The notes under the pieces: model-generated
Seen by the model: only the letters and a program-made list of their open reading frames with translations
The model's database searches: none
What the model was told of the DNA's origin: nothing
NCBI RefSeq assembly: GCF_004010195.1
Contig: NC_057719.1
Location: 61,480,379-61,544,378, forward strand
Direction of reading: 5' to 3'
Length of the DNA: 64,000 bases
From: Chiloscyllium plagiosum
Lineage: Eukaryota
Translations under genes and position numbers: made by a program
Part shown: positions 28,121-40,529 of the stretch, piece after piece
How positions within the stretch are numbered: position 1 is the first letter of the stretch
How the letters are laid out: every line of letters begins with the position of its first letter

Positions 28121-28529
28121 CACAATAGAAAAAGTAATGCAGAGGCAGTTGAAAAAAGAAATACTCGTAAATATGCATGTGTACAGACTGTAAAACCCCC
28201 TTTTGAGATGAAATTTATTGTTCCAACGAATGTCATTTGAAGGCTAGTTTGCAATGGGTGAATGCTCCTTTTCTACCTCCCCACTGAACCATTGCCATCT
28301 TCAGAAGACCTCTTCTAAAATGTGCTCAATGAAAATCATACTCTTTGAAGTCTGTCGGAAAGCTATCTCTTAGTTGCTTTTCTATTTGTGCAGCGTTATC
28401 CTGCATGTTTTCCTTTCCAATTATTCCCTTTAAGCCTCTGATACTGGGATACAGATGGAAATGTCCATAGAAAACTCCCATGGAAGGGACGTCAAAATAG
28501 AAATTCAAAGTTTGTATAAATAGAAAGAA

Positions 28530-28730
28530 ATAACTTGCATTTATATAGTGTCTTTCATGATTTCAAACCCAAAGGCCTTTATAACTGGGAAAGTATGTTT
28601 CAAATGAAGATATTCTTGTTAAGTAGAGAAACAGATGCGCCTAATTCTGAGCTGTACTCCGCTAAATTGTCACCTCAGATTATGAGCTCAAAATTTCTTG
28701 AATATGCTTGAATGCATAACTTTTTCATGA
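28530..28730 (-). mobile_element. DeuSINE/SacSINE1-like SINE fragment
   Basis: Reverse complement of the tail seen at ~30270-30325 (ACTTGCATTTATATAGTGTCTTTCATG). Confidence 0.5.
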
Positions 28731-28900
28731 GCGGGAAGGAAAAGACTTTCTGTCTGAAACTGTCGTAGAATCATTTCTTATCAGAGTAGCTGAAAAGAAC
28801 TTTCCTTAACTGCTTCAGTCAGATCTGATACTTCATAGAAAGTTTAAGAAGATTCAAATCCAACAAACTCGGTCATTTCATTGCTTGAATGTGTTATGTC

Positions 28901-29693
28901 CCATATATACTCGTGTATAGGTTGAATTTTGAAGCTGGTTTTCTAAAGCTGAAATTAGGAGTTTGACTATTACATGGGCATAAGTTTTAAGGGGCTGAAG
29001 CGCATGCTGCTGTAGCAAAAGTCGTTTTGATCGCATAACTAATACCGGGTAAAGAAGAAAAACACAATGAATTACGGTGAAGGTAATTATTGGATAAAAG
29101 TAAGAGACTGGTCTGAAAATGTAACATGTCGAAGATTCATTGAAATCCTGCAAAGTCACACTGTTCAACAACATCATGGCCTGGTATAATGGCTCACTTA
29201 AAATGAAACATTTATTAAGTTCTGAATGTGTAAACGTCTTGAACTTTCCTGCCAAATTCTTCCATTTACTCTCGTATGTTATGAACCTCACCAACATTAA
29301 CACATTTGTCAAAGAATTAAAGATATACCAGTATTTAACTAATATTTTATTCAGATATAATGGCACAATTAAAACGATTAACTTTTTGACGATATTAACT
29401 CTTAGATGTTTGTGAACAAAGTGTGACAAGTACCAATAGACTTAGTACTGGTCTGAATGAATCAAAATGTGCTGTAGTAAACCAAGTGCAGTAGAGTTAT
29501 GAATGATGAATTGAGATGCGATATAATAAATACAGAGCGATGAATAGAGTTACTGGTATGAATGAATAAATACAAAATAATGCAATATAGTAGGATCGAC
29601 TCATACACGAGATATCTGGAAACTACAAGACTTTTGGCCAAAAGTAAGCAGTCAACTTCAACATGAGATCGATTTATACATGAGTATATACAG
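28901..29693. mobile_element. Non-autonomous Tc1/mariner-superfamily (Tc2-like) element
   Basis: Left TIR CCATATATACTCGTGTATAGGTTGA; right end reverse complement CTGTATATACTCATGTATAAATCGA; an internal TIR-like repeat at ~29595-29610. Confidence 0.7.
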
Positions 29694-29934
29694 GATGTGG
29701 TTAACTTACCTGTCTGTTCTTTAGATTACCAAGTCAGGTGCAACGCTAATATAAATGTGTGAACTCAAAGACAGCAGCTTTTGCTTTGATTACTGTAAAT
29801 GTGCACCACTTAGTGGGTGAGCACATTTTGTTCCAGTACCACGTCTCACTGGAATTTAGTCCACTTTATAGGTTTCACTGGCATTTCTGACTTACAATCA
29901 GCAATGTGCCCCCTACACAAAATTACATTATCTT

Positions 29935-30325
29935 AAGTGTCAGTTGGTCACTGGTAGCTGTCTAGCCTCTGAGGTAGAGGATAGTTAATTTAAAACTCAT
30001 TCCAAACACCTGTACACAAAATCTAAACTGATGCTCCAATGGAACACTGAGGTAAAATGTTAAGCCATTGTTCTGTTTGTCTTTGGCTGAGCAGAAAAGA
30101 TCCTATGGTGTTCTTTGACGATGATTTAACCAATAAATATTCTTCAACCAACATCACTGATGTAGAGTTTCTGGTCATGATCATATTGTACTTGGAACTT
30201 ACGATATGTAAAATTTGCTTCTGATTTCCTACATTTCAACAGTGACTACAATGATACTGAATTATAAAGCACTGTAAGATACCCTGAAATAATGAAAGGC
30301 ACAACATAAATATAACTCTTCCTTG
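29935..30325 (+). mobile_element. DeuSINE/SacSINE1-like SINE
   Basis: tRNA-like head, central AAAATGTTAAGCC...AAAAGATCCTATGG block, and tail TTTCCTACATTTCAACAGTGACTAC...GAAAGGCAC. Confidence 0.6.
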
Positions 30326-31110
30326 CTTGCAGCACTTTTGCTCCCAATTTGGGGATTCTTTTCATAAATCAAATCAGGTATAAATGTGCAAAACTACAAA
30401 ATAGTGAAATAAGGAAAACAAACAAAATTGCTCCAACTGTTATATATAGTGTAAGCATAATCATGCCCTTTTTGATGGACTGATGATGTTTGCAATGTGT
30501 AGAGACCAGTGCAATTCTTTCCTCATCAGGAAGCATGCTGTTTTTGCAATGCATAGGAGTTCTTTATAATTCCAATCTCTAATGGAACTATGTTAAGATA
30601 CAAGAAAGCCCCTTGGAAATCCCTGCAATGTGATTGGCCTAAACATGTTGACGTATTTTCACACCCTGAAATATAAGACATCAAGATGGAGTAAATTGTA
30701 ACACTCAAAGCAAAACAGCAGTTATTTTAGAGTTTCCAAAACATGTGCAATGATGGAATATTTTACTAAAAGCATATAAACAGAATGTCTGAAGAGGTGA
30801 AGATTCTAATATTAAACTCAATAAAGTCCTTTGTCCATCATGGGTTCGGCTGGCAGGGGGCTATGAAAAATGGCACTTAATACCTAGCTTCAAGTTGTCA
30901 TTTTATCATCTATTTTAACATCTTGAGTAGGCTTACTTAATTTACTAAGGCCTGATATGGGCTTACAGCAGAATTGCGCAGTATCTTTAATTAATAAAGA
31001 ATAATATATATTACTATGTACTTAATAATGGTTTGTAATGCAGTTCATGAAATAATTAATCCTGGCAATTATAGATTAAATAAAAATTAATGTTACAATA
31101 AATCCCATAC

Positions 31111-31259
31111 CTGTAAGTATCTACCCGATTGACTTTTGACATTGCAGCAAATTCTTGTTTTCTATTGTTGTGAGTTGTGTACTGCTCGCTATAAAGCTTC
31201 AGTGACATCTGTTCCACAGCATCTCTCCTGGTCTCTATGTTGATAAGCTGTATTTCTCC
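31111..31259 (-). CDS. AKAP6: AKAP6 (mAKAP) internal coding exon, 149 nt
   Basis: Acceptor tctgtttctag and donor CAG|gtatgg. Encodes GEIQLINIETRRDAVEQMSLKLYSEQYTTHNNRKQEFAAMSKVNRVDTY(S). SLKLYSEQY...RK.EFA.MSKV matches AKAP6 from recall. Its 2-nt overhang joins the 1-nt start of the next exon. Confidence 0.93.
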
Positions 31260-32514
31260 CTAGAAACAGAGGTGTATGTAACTAATAAATATAAATAACT
31301 CAGCATTCATCAACAGCTCAGAATATTCTCTGAATCCTAAACTCCAATGCAGGGATTTCAGATATTATCCTTTGAGAATCCTGAGAGTATATGAGCAATG
31401 CATCACTAAAATGGCATACTTAGGTTTTAGACAAAATGAGTAATGTATTCTCACTCCCTTGTGTATAATTCAACTGTATAATTTTACAGAAGCCAAGCTC
31501 ACATTTAGCAAGATTCAAATGAAATGCAGTACTCAGTGGGTTAACAATTAAGGTTGCTTACAATTTCTTGTCTCCAAGGCAAGTCAAGGCAAAGTGTGGG
31601 AGTGATTTTACAATGTCAGGATTTAGTTCAGTCGGCTGATATTACAATAGTATTCATTCAACTTTGTCACCAGAGTTCCAAGAGCTTAGATCACTTAATT
31701 CTAGCAGCCCTGCTATGTTGCATAGTCCTGATTGTCACAATTTATTCGCAGAAGTAATTTGCAAGCATCATCTTATAGTTTAGGACAGATTTTTTTTCAG
31801 GTAATCCCACACCACTTTCACAATCATTAATATTTTACTTACAATGTTTTCCATTCTATTTCAATTCCGCATTTTTAAAATCTGGCTTCAGACTACAACC
31901 TTTCCCCAGTAGCATTCATTAGCATTCTCATTTCAGATGAACTCTGTTACATAGACTCTGTTCATGACACAACTAATTTACCTATATCCTAGAGTAATTC
32001 GGTACTTCTATCCCAAGATATTGCTACCATACTTTTCAACATGAATGCAAAACAAACCAGAGTTTAAAATAAATTCCAATTGCAACCTTTCAAAGAATCT
32101 CAGTTGTGTTTTATTTGCACTATGAAAATGCTGCTGTTAGAATTTCTACGATAATCTTGCTTTCAATCTCAGTTTCTTGTGTCACTTTTGTGATTGAATG
32201 TTTTTTGTTGACTCACTCCTCTTGCTGAACATTGTTCCCATAACAGGAGCAGTGGACAGATAGACCATCTCCAATCCTCTCTCAATTAATAATCCGCCAC
32301 AGTTTAAACGAGCGTAGAAATGTTGCCGCTGTATTAGACACTGGCCCTCTCTTCTATTCGCCCATTAATCTCAATGGAAGCAAGCGCCTTTTCTCAATGA
32401 TTTGGGTACGTCATCAAACTGTGAGTTACAATATGATGAATTGCAATTTAGTATTCCAATTTGTGATGTGCAAATACAGTTGCAAGTTGTCCCATTCAAC
32501 CATGTGCATTGTCT

Positions 32515-32790
32515 CCTCAGCTGAATGATTCCCTTTCACCTCCAGGTTGGAAATTTGTGGGTTCTAGGGTCAGTCCAAGACATGTATGTAAACTAAGCTG
32601 ACAGTTGAGTGCAATACAGAGGCATTGCTGGAGTGTCAGATGTGCTAAAATGCCAAAGGCCCATTCTGCCTGTATAGGAGAATGTTAAGAATCCTGGAAT
32701 CCTCATCAATTTTGTCTGCACAAATAGACTACTTGTTTGTCTACACTTCAAAAATAAGTAATGTAGAAGTAAAAAGGACATTTTGAAAAC
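32515..32790 (+). mobile_element. DeuSINE/SacSINE1-like SINE fragment
   Basis: Degenerate copy of the 29935-30325 family. Confidence 0.45.
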
Positions 32791-32939
32791 ATATTAAGTT
32801 GCAAAATTTGGCAGGTATTCACTATTACTATATGATGTGCTTTAAACAAATTATTTTATGAGGCTAACCCTGTTTGACATACAAGTGATTTGCCCAAATG
32901 TACCAACTGATTATAGGATTCCAATGTTCAAATTGGTAA

Positions 32940-33460
32940 ATAAAAACTGAATGAACTGCGGATTGTGTAAATCAGAAACAAAAACTGAAATTGCTGGAAA
33001 AGCTCAGCAGGTCTGGCAGCATCTATGAAGAGAAATCTGAGTTAACATTTCAGATCGTGACCCTTCCTCAGAACTATTGGTAGCTAGGAATTTTTTTTAA
33101 AAATGCACAAGATGGAGTAGGAGGGAGGGGGAAAGGAGAAAATGATAGTTAGAGATAGAACCAAAGAGAGATAACAGTTGGACAGACAAAGGAGTCGATA
33201 ATAATCAGGCTCGGAGATTAGCAGTTAATGGGGACTATTAGTGGCTATCAATGGGTCATTGTGTAATGGCAGAATGTGTGATAATGAGGTCTGTTGTGGG
33301 GTCGGGGTAAGGGCATTGGAGAAGACGCCTCAAGTCCTAAAATTGCTGAACTTGATTTTGAGACTAGAAGACTGTAGAGTTCCCAAATGGAAAATGAGGT
33401 GCTGTTCTTCCAGCCTACGCTGAGCTTCGCTGGAGCACTGCAACAAACCTGAATTAGAGT
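32940..33460 (-). mobile_element. PLE terminal region, family C
   Basis: Minus-strand GTTCTGAGGAAGGGTCACGATCTGAAATGTTAAC hammerhead core; colinear with 550-1135. Confidence 0.75.
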
Positions 33461-34403
33461 TCAAATTGGTTATTTATTTTCATTACTTCAGGAAAATCTA
33501 AATATTTTCCTTATACCAACCACAAAACCAAAATATGTATAAAACACTTATTTACCATCATTCATTCAGGAATTTTGTAAGAGCTTTCCAGTTGTTATCT
33601 TTATTGGCTTGTTTCCAAAAGATAATTGACCAATTAGTAGATTGTAATGTGAGAAACTGGGGGTGGGAAGTTTAGGTTTCACAGATGTGTTAAAATATAG
33701 TTTTAGTTTTAAAGTTCCTATGGAATTATACACTTCACTGAATAGACTTCTATGAAAATCAATCAAAACATTACTGCCCAGCCATTCACACAACACTTTT
33801 GCCTTGAGGTCACAATGAGACACAAGTTACACCATTATGTTCACTGTGAACTTCATATTATCTCGTGAGTGAGATAGTGCTCTATGGAACACACTATTAT
33901 CCCTTAATTATGGTTTCATGCACCAAAGACTTAATTAAATGTTTCTGCACATTCTCTGGTTTAATCATGAATGTGGCAAATGTCACATTGTTAGAAAATT
34001 ATGGTCAGTCTAAATAAGTTCAGTTACAAGTAAGATAATTGGACAAAAATCAAGACGATGTTACTCATACAACAAACAAACTATTATCAGTAATAGCCAA
34101 TATGTTTAATTCTGTGATATAGGCATGTAGTGGAAATCAAGAGATTCAACATGACATGATTCCTCATAAGAGTTGATTTTTTTCTATTCATTCTGTGGAG
34201 GTGGCTAACGATTTTGTATGTATATCGTAAGGTAGCTTCTACTGAAGGTTTGCAAGATTAAAGTTGAAGTATAGGTCTGTTTTTAGGTGCTGGCCAGAAT
34301 CCACAAAGGAGTAAAGTCTGACCCCTGGAGGAACCAGTCTTGCATTGCTGGGGTTTCACATTGCATGCAGTTGACTGTTGCAATATCAAACCAGATTTTT
34401 TAT

Positions 34404-34611
34404 TAAGTTAAAAATCACACAACACCAGGTTATAGTCCAACAGGTTTAATTGGAAGCACACGAGCTTTCGGAGCGACGCTCCTTCATCAGGTGATTGAAG
34501 GAGCGTCGCTCCGGAAGCTAGTGTGCTTCCAATTAAACCTGTTGGACTATAACCTGGTGTTGTGTGATTTTTAACTTTATACACCCCAGTCCAACACCGG
34601 CATCTCCAAAT
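34404..34611. mobile_element. PLE family B fold-back element (young)
   Basis: Near-perfect inverted arms of about 80 bp plus a 34-nt tail. TSD CAGATTTTTTAT at 34392-34403 and 34612-34623. Confidence 0.9.
34459..34493 (-). ncRNA. Minimal type I hammerhead ribozyme motif, intact core
   Basis: CAC-CUGAUGA-A-GGAGC-GUC-GCUCC-GAAA-GCUC-GUG on the AKAP6 sense strand. Activity not shown. Confidence 0.7.
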
Positions 34612-37600
34612 CAGATTTTTTATGACATTTAGTAAGTCTACTGGGCCTCCAACTTAGAAATTAATTAAGTATTTGGACCTGCAACATAGCTTTTATATCT
34701 GAAATATTTATACTTACTATTTAGTCCTGCACTTTCTTTCCTTTATTAACTGCAATATATATTTCTTAAAGATATTTCCTTGCTATTATCAACAAATGTA
34801 AAATGAAACATTGTATGTACTAATAGCTTGTGCATCATGTGCTTAATGATCATTTGTGTGACAATCTACTAACAACGTAAGTTTGGCATCTGTTAATTAC
34901 AGTTTTGTAGCCTTAATAATTCAGGGCAAAACATAAAGCATTTATTTCTAAGTAGGATTCTACCTGTGCCCCTCTCACACTCTGCAATAAATGATGTGAT
35001 CCCTTTAATGTTCCTTATTTGAGATGTTTCGATTCCATATGCAGGCTACTGAGTTTCTTGACTTTTACAAATCTGAGTGCAAGGTTTAAATTTGTTAAGG
35101 CTGTGGCTTAAAACTAACACAGTTTTGTCAATGCAAAATAAAATCAATCTAAAGTTCAACTGTTTGATGAATATTTACTTCTGTCTCCAGAGTTTTAGGT
35201 TCAGATTTGAAATCTGCTGAATCATGTAATTTATTTTGTGTGTATGCCAACACCAATTTACTATCTGCAAGAAAGTTCCTGAACTGGAAGTCTCTTGTGG
35301 TTTCGCTGTTGGATATTCTGTCAATCAGAAGAGGTATGTAAAGCATTGCCAGTAGGAACCATTATCATTTACTATTCATACCCTGCTCTGTATGCTCACA
35401 ATGAATTTTCTGATTGCTGTAAGCTCTAACATGTACTCTGGTGATAGCATATGTAAACATCAATCATTCATACATCATTGAAGATTACAGTGTTCTGTCA
35501 ATTGTATAGTTAAATATACTCTTACAAGGCCTGTCAATAATTACAAATATTCTGCCTAATATTAAATAATCTTTGCTTTTGATGGGAAAAGAACAAAAAG
35601 GAACAAAACTACCGTTTTAGAGAATAAACAGAAATCCTTAAAATCAATGGTGGAAAACATATGTTAGAAACATTTTGTGGTTTGGAAATGATAACAGTAA
35701 CACCTTTCCTCGATACCTTTAAAAGGTTTTCCTACTTATTTATTTGAACTAACCAGTAACAAAATTCTATTTTTTTCTGCTTTATAGAGTTAGAAGCAAT
35801 GAAAAGAAAGACTTCAAGTGCATTTGAAAATTTGAAAATGCTCCACAGGAGTAAAGCAAACAGGAAAGGACTATCGGAGAAACAGATGGCAAATGTAACA
35901 TATATTTTACATAGATAAAAAAATTCAGTGCCTCTAGTGACAAGCATTAATAAACTCTTCAGGATTTTAAAATTACAGGCATGCATTTAATATATGCATT
36001 GAAAAAATGCAAAAGACGCTCAAAAAGGTACATGCTTGTATGTTGAATTCAAATTATGAAAAACTCGTAACCACAGCAGCTTCAATTGAGATATTTGGAA
36101 GATTAAAGGCCATTGCTTTAGGCAGGTGTTACACAAGATTCCATTAATATATGTAATTAACATTGGCCTAAGCTTTAATGAACATGCAAACCTTAATTAG
36201 CAATGCATTAGATGACATGTAAAAAGCTGATCTTAATGTCATCACTAAAATTTTCAAGCTGAGAGTATACTGAGAATAAAAATAAATTCTGTTTCTCAAA
36301 TTATATCCCAAATTGGCAAAGAGATTTGTTATGGCTACTGGGAAGTGAATGGCACTTTTGGAATATTTAGCAGGAATCTATAATGCAAACACCGGGATAG
36401 CTATTTCAATCCGATGCCACTCATTATTACTTCATGGCATGACTGCAAAATGCAATAAAATTGATAGAACACAATTTCCTTGCAGAATTTAATATTTTAG
36501 TATTTATCATTTTAGTCTTTTCAATATATAATATTCTAAAAACTCAATTAAAAATTGTCATGACTCAAAGTAGTCGCAATGTTGGAATAAGTTGCACTAT
36601 TTAAATATTACAAGAAATATAATTTTCACTGATTTACAGACCAATACCTGCATGTTCTACAAATCGACCAAGATTATTGAAAACCTCTTTTCCGACATGA
36701 TAGACTAAAGTTAGCAGAACATTGCAGAATAAACTAATGTCTATGGAGAAAGACATTTTAACAGAGAGAGTGAACGTCATTGATTTTAAAAGCCTGCAGT
36801 ATGTTCGCAGGAGTAGTAATAGAGGGAAATTGATTTTAATACCTGATGATGAAAGACAAAAGAACAGTTGTGAAAGATCAGTCAGACAACTGGTATAGAG
36901 ATACACTTCACTGACCAGGAAGATGGGCTAATTAAGTTAAGCAAGAACAAAAGGTATAGAAGGTGTTTTTAAAAAAATTTCCAACCTATATTACAGGACA
37001 GGCAACACAAAACCTTTTGAATCAGAGTATTGTATACTGACCTTTTGTACATAGACAACTTACAGATTTTTGATTTGGCTAAAATCATTTTACTTCTGCT
37101 GAGAAATTCCATCATAAAATGATACTGTTTTGTTTAAAATTCTAAAAGAAGACAATGTCACATTGGTAATGGATGTCTGTAAGGTGGATCTCAGATATTA
37201 TACCATAACCCTATGATTAAATACCCATTAATCTAAAATTCCTTACTTTTTTTTCAAAGCCATTCCTAAGGACTTAACAGTTTAAAAATCAATAGCTTTC
37301 AGTTCAGCTGTTAGGATTGCAAAGTAACATTCACAACAGAAAGCTTTAATTAAGGTCACATCTATGTTTTCACAATTGTCTGCAACAAGCTTCACAGTGT
37401 CATAAAGGAAAAGTTAAAAATCCCTTCAAAAAATGAAAAAGTCTGAAGCTGTTGTTAACCTTATATCTTACTACTAAATGATTCTGACATGGAGTTTATT
37501 TGCTTTTTTTTCTGTCTAATAATCAACCTTCAAAGTTCCTGTCAGGTAAATGACCTTGTATTTCATTAATGGATAATTAAATGGATTTATTCCACTAACG

Positions 37601-40437
37601 GCTTTAATTAAAATGCTAGAAATATTGATTACCCCTATCATCCTTATTCCCAAGGATGAGCAAGGTTTTAAGAGTGTTTATTTAGAAACGACAGAGAATT
37701 AAATTAGATTGAATCTCTGAGAGACCCAAAGAAACATAATGCTTTCCTGCTCTTCAAGCAGAAAATGAGATTTTGCTTCTTTGTTGTAACACTTAATTTC
37801 TTTTAACAGTGATTACTGTTTATCTTAATATCACAGAGGAGATATTTTAAATAAAAGTAAATGAGATGTCATGAAAACAAAGCTAGCACCTTGATGCACA
37901 GGTATGAATGTGTCAGTCTGATCCCTCAGCAATAGAGCCATTAGAGTCAAACAAAGGAGTATATCAACTGAGATGCTCTTTGCTGTCTAGTGTCCAGATT
38001 TAGAACAAATAGCCCATTAATGTGATCATAAACTGGTGCACTTTTCAATGCTGCATTCTTATGACTTCTTTACATGGTCTCTGACAAATTCATGAGTAAT
38101 ATGGCAACAAGGATAAGCTTTTCACATAAGCACATATTGCTTCCACCTTTGTTCATTATTACTTCACGCACCACTGCAGCATTTTCTGCACAATAGTCGT
38201 GCTGTGTGAGAAGGAAAATGTAACTAGAGGGTACACATTAAAAATTTTAGATTGGTTGAGACAGGGAAGCAAAGATATATGGAGCTATCATGTCATTCCT
38301 ATAAGGTTCCCTTAGGAGGGTTAACACATGTCTTTTTTAAAATTTCTTCAACCTACAGGGTATGTTCCATCTGGGTGGTGCTGGGCTATATTAAAAAAAA
38401 GTATTTTGTGACAATCAGATCTTTTTTTCCTTTTAGGGGATGGAAGTTGATTTAACAGCTTTATTGGATGTCTGCCCTAGGAATCAGACTCAAAGCTTTG
38501 TAACTTTCATTAAAAACATAATTGACTCTTAACCCTAGAAGCTTCACTTGCAGCATTTAATGCAATAACCATGGGGTGTTTAGTTTATTTTTTGGTAAGG
38601 ATTAATCTCTTTTCAGCTACAATTATGATAAGAAGATTCACTTTCTGAAATTTAGTTGCTTAATTTACGTAGTTTTGAAGCTGGTTAGAAGGAGTTGTCA
38701 GATTTGACAGTGAACTCTCCAGATTTCTACAATTCCCAGAGTGAATTACAAAGATCAAGTGATTAATCTTGCAAAACTGAGAGAGATCCTATATCTGCAT
38801 TCTGGAAAACAATCTTTTTGTTCTTTTTAAGAAGTTTTCTTTCTCTATCTTTTTTTTCTTGTTTGAGAAAATGGGGCAGGGATGGTGTAGAATGGGGCTT
38901 GATTGGAGATTGGAGTTGTCCATGATTGGAGGCTGAAGGTTAACTGGAGACTATGGGGAATGCTCAGAAGATGGGTGAGAAATTGTAAGCCCTTGTGAGG
39001 AGAGAGTAGGTAGATAGTGGAGGTTCAGTGAGGCAGGGATGCTGGATTCAGCATATGAGCAGCGGAACTTCCCAAGGTACAGTCAGATTCAAATTGAAAA
39101 TTTTGGATCAATATGAGGCTGTTAGCCATATTAATAAGACATAAATTGCTGTTTTGTCTCCTGGGAGCATGTTGGTTGCCAATAAACCCAGGTGAGTTAG
39201 AAGCAGTTTAGGTGGGATTCAACTTTTGAACACTTTAACCTCCCACCTGACATAAGTCCATTGTTTTCTGGGATTAAAATGCTTAGGTAATATTGTGGCC
39301 TGAATTTTTGTTCAACAGTTGGGGCACAGAATCAGGAAGAGTTCCAGCTTTACAAACTCAACCTGGGAGAAAATACTCTGGATTTTCTGATTTTCATTCT
39401 GAGAGTATAAAGTGTAATGGGAACCATGTCCACCAACCCTGGCAGATGTTTGGGGGCAGTCACATGAGCAGTTGGGTGCTGAGATGGACAATAGAAAAGA
39501 TCATCCAGGGTAATCAGGCTGTTTGTCCCAGATGGAAAATCTGCAAAGAAGTCAAAGACACCCTTCACATCTCCTCCCCACCACCTCTCGTGTTGCATGG
39601 GTAGAGGTGTAGAAGTGTTTGCTACTGCTATGGCTGTTGTTCATGTGACTGACACTATATTTAAAGCAAAGCTGCACACCACTTCAGATGTTGCAAGTCA
39701 GGATGTTGTTTTGCCTGACCATTATAACTGAGGTCATGGCCCATAAACCTGCCTGCTTCATGAACATGGACCTGGTCATGCTGGAGGGCAGAATCCTGCT
39801 GACTGCCATAGGAGGTCACACCACCTAACAAAGCCAGTCTGGACCCAGATAGCAGCCTGGGACTAGTGCTGTGAAGAGGTTTAAAAGGAATGCCCCGAAA
39901 TACAGGAAAAATATCAATTATCTTTTGTACTCAAGGGTAAGTGCCACCAGTTTTTCTCTGCTACCTAACCCTTACAAGGCCACCACTCACCCTAATGCTG
40001 GCACTGTACACTCATCTAAGCTCATAGATTACAACTTAAAACGTTCCATGCAACATGCCTACTCAACAGTTGAACTTCAACCTCACCCACCTCATTCTTC
40101 CAATTAATCAACTCTTCCTGCCCTCTGTACTTCCTATTTACTCACAGGGGACACTTCACCATATTTCTTACTCCCCCATCACCATTAACCATTCTTCCAT
40201 CCAGGCCCATCATACTCAATCCTTCCAGTTGTCTCACCAGTTCAAGTTATCTCATCTGAACTGCAGAGGAGCCAAAAAGGTAGAAAGAAGAAAGAGATTC
40301 TGCCGAGAGAATATGAGCAGCTAGGGGCTAAATTGACAAGCAGAACCAAAAAAGGTAGTAGTCTCTGAATTCCTATCTGAGTCATGAGAAAATTGACACA
40401 GAGTTGAAAAAGAGGTAAATATGTGGATCAAAGATTG

Positions 40438-40529
40438 TTTCGGGCATAAGCCTATGCCCGAAACGTCGATTCTCCTGTTTCCTGGATGCTGCCTGACCTG
40501 CTGCGCTTTTCCAGCAACACATTTTCAGC
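40438..40529 (+). mobile_element. PLE family A fragment with short fold-back, inside the CR1
   Basis: GTTTCGGGCATAAGCCTATGCCCGAAAC hairpin followed by the family A body. Confidence 0.75.

Noticed and set aside
28878..29429. 183-aa minus-strand ORF
   Set aside because: Lies inside an AT-rich TIR element; no recognisable domain or splice context.
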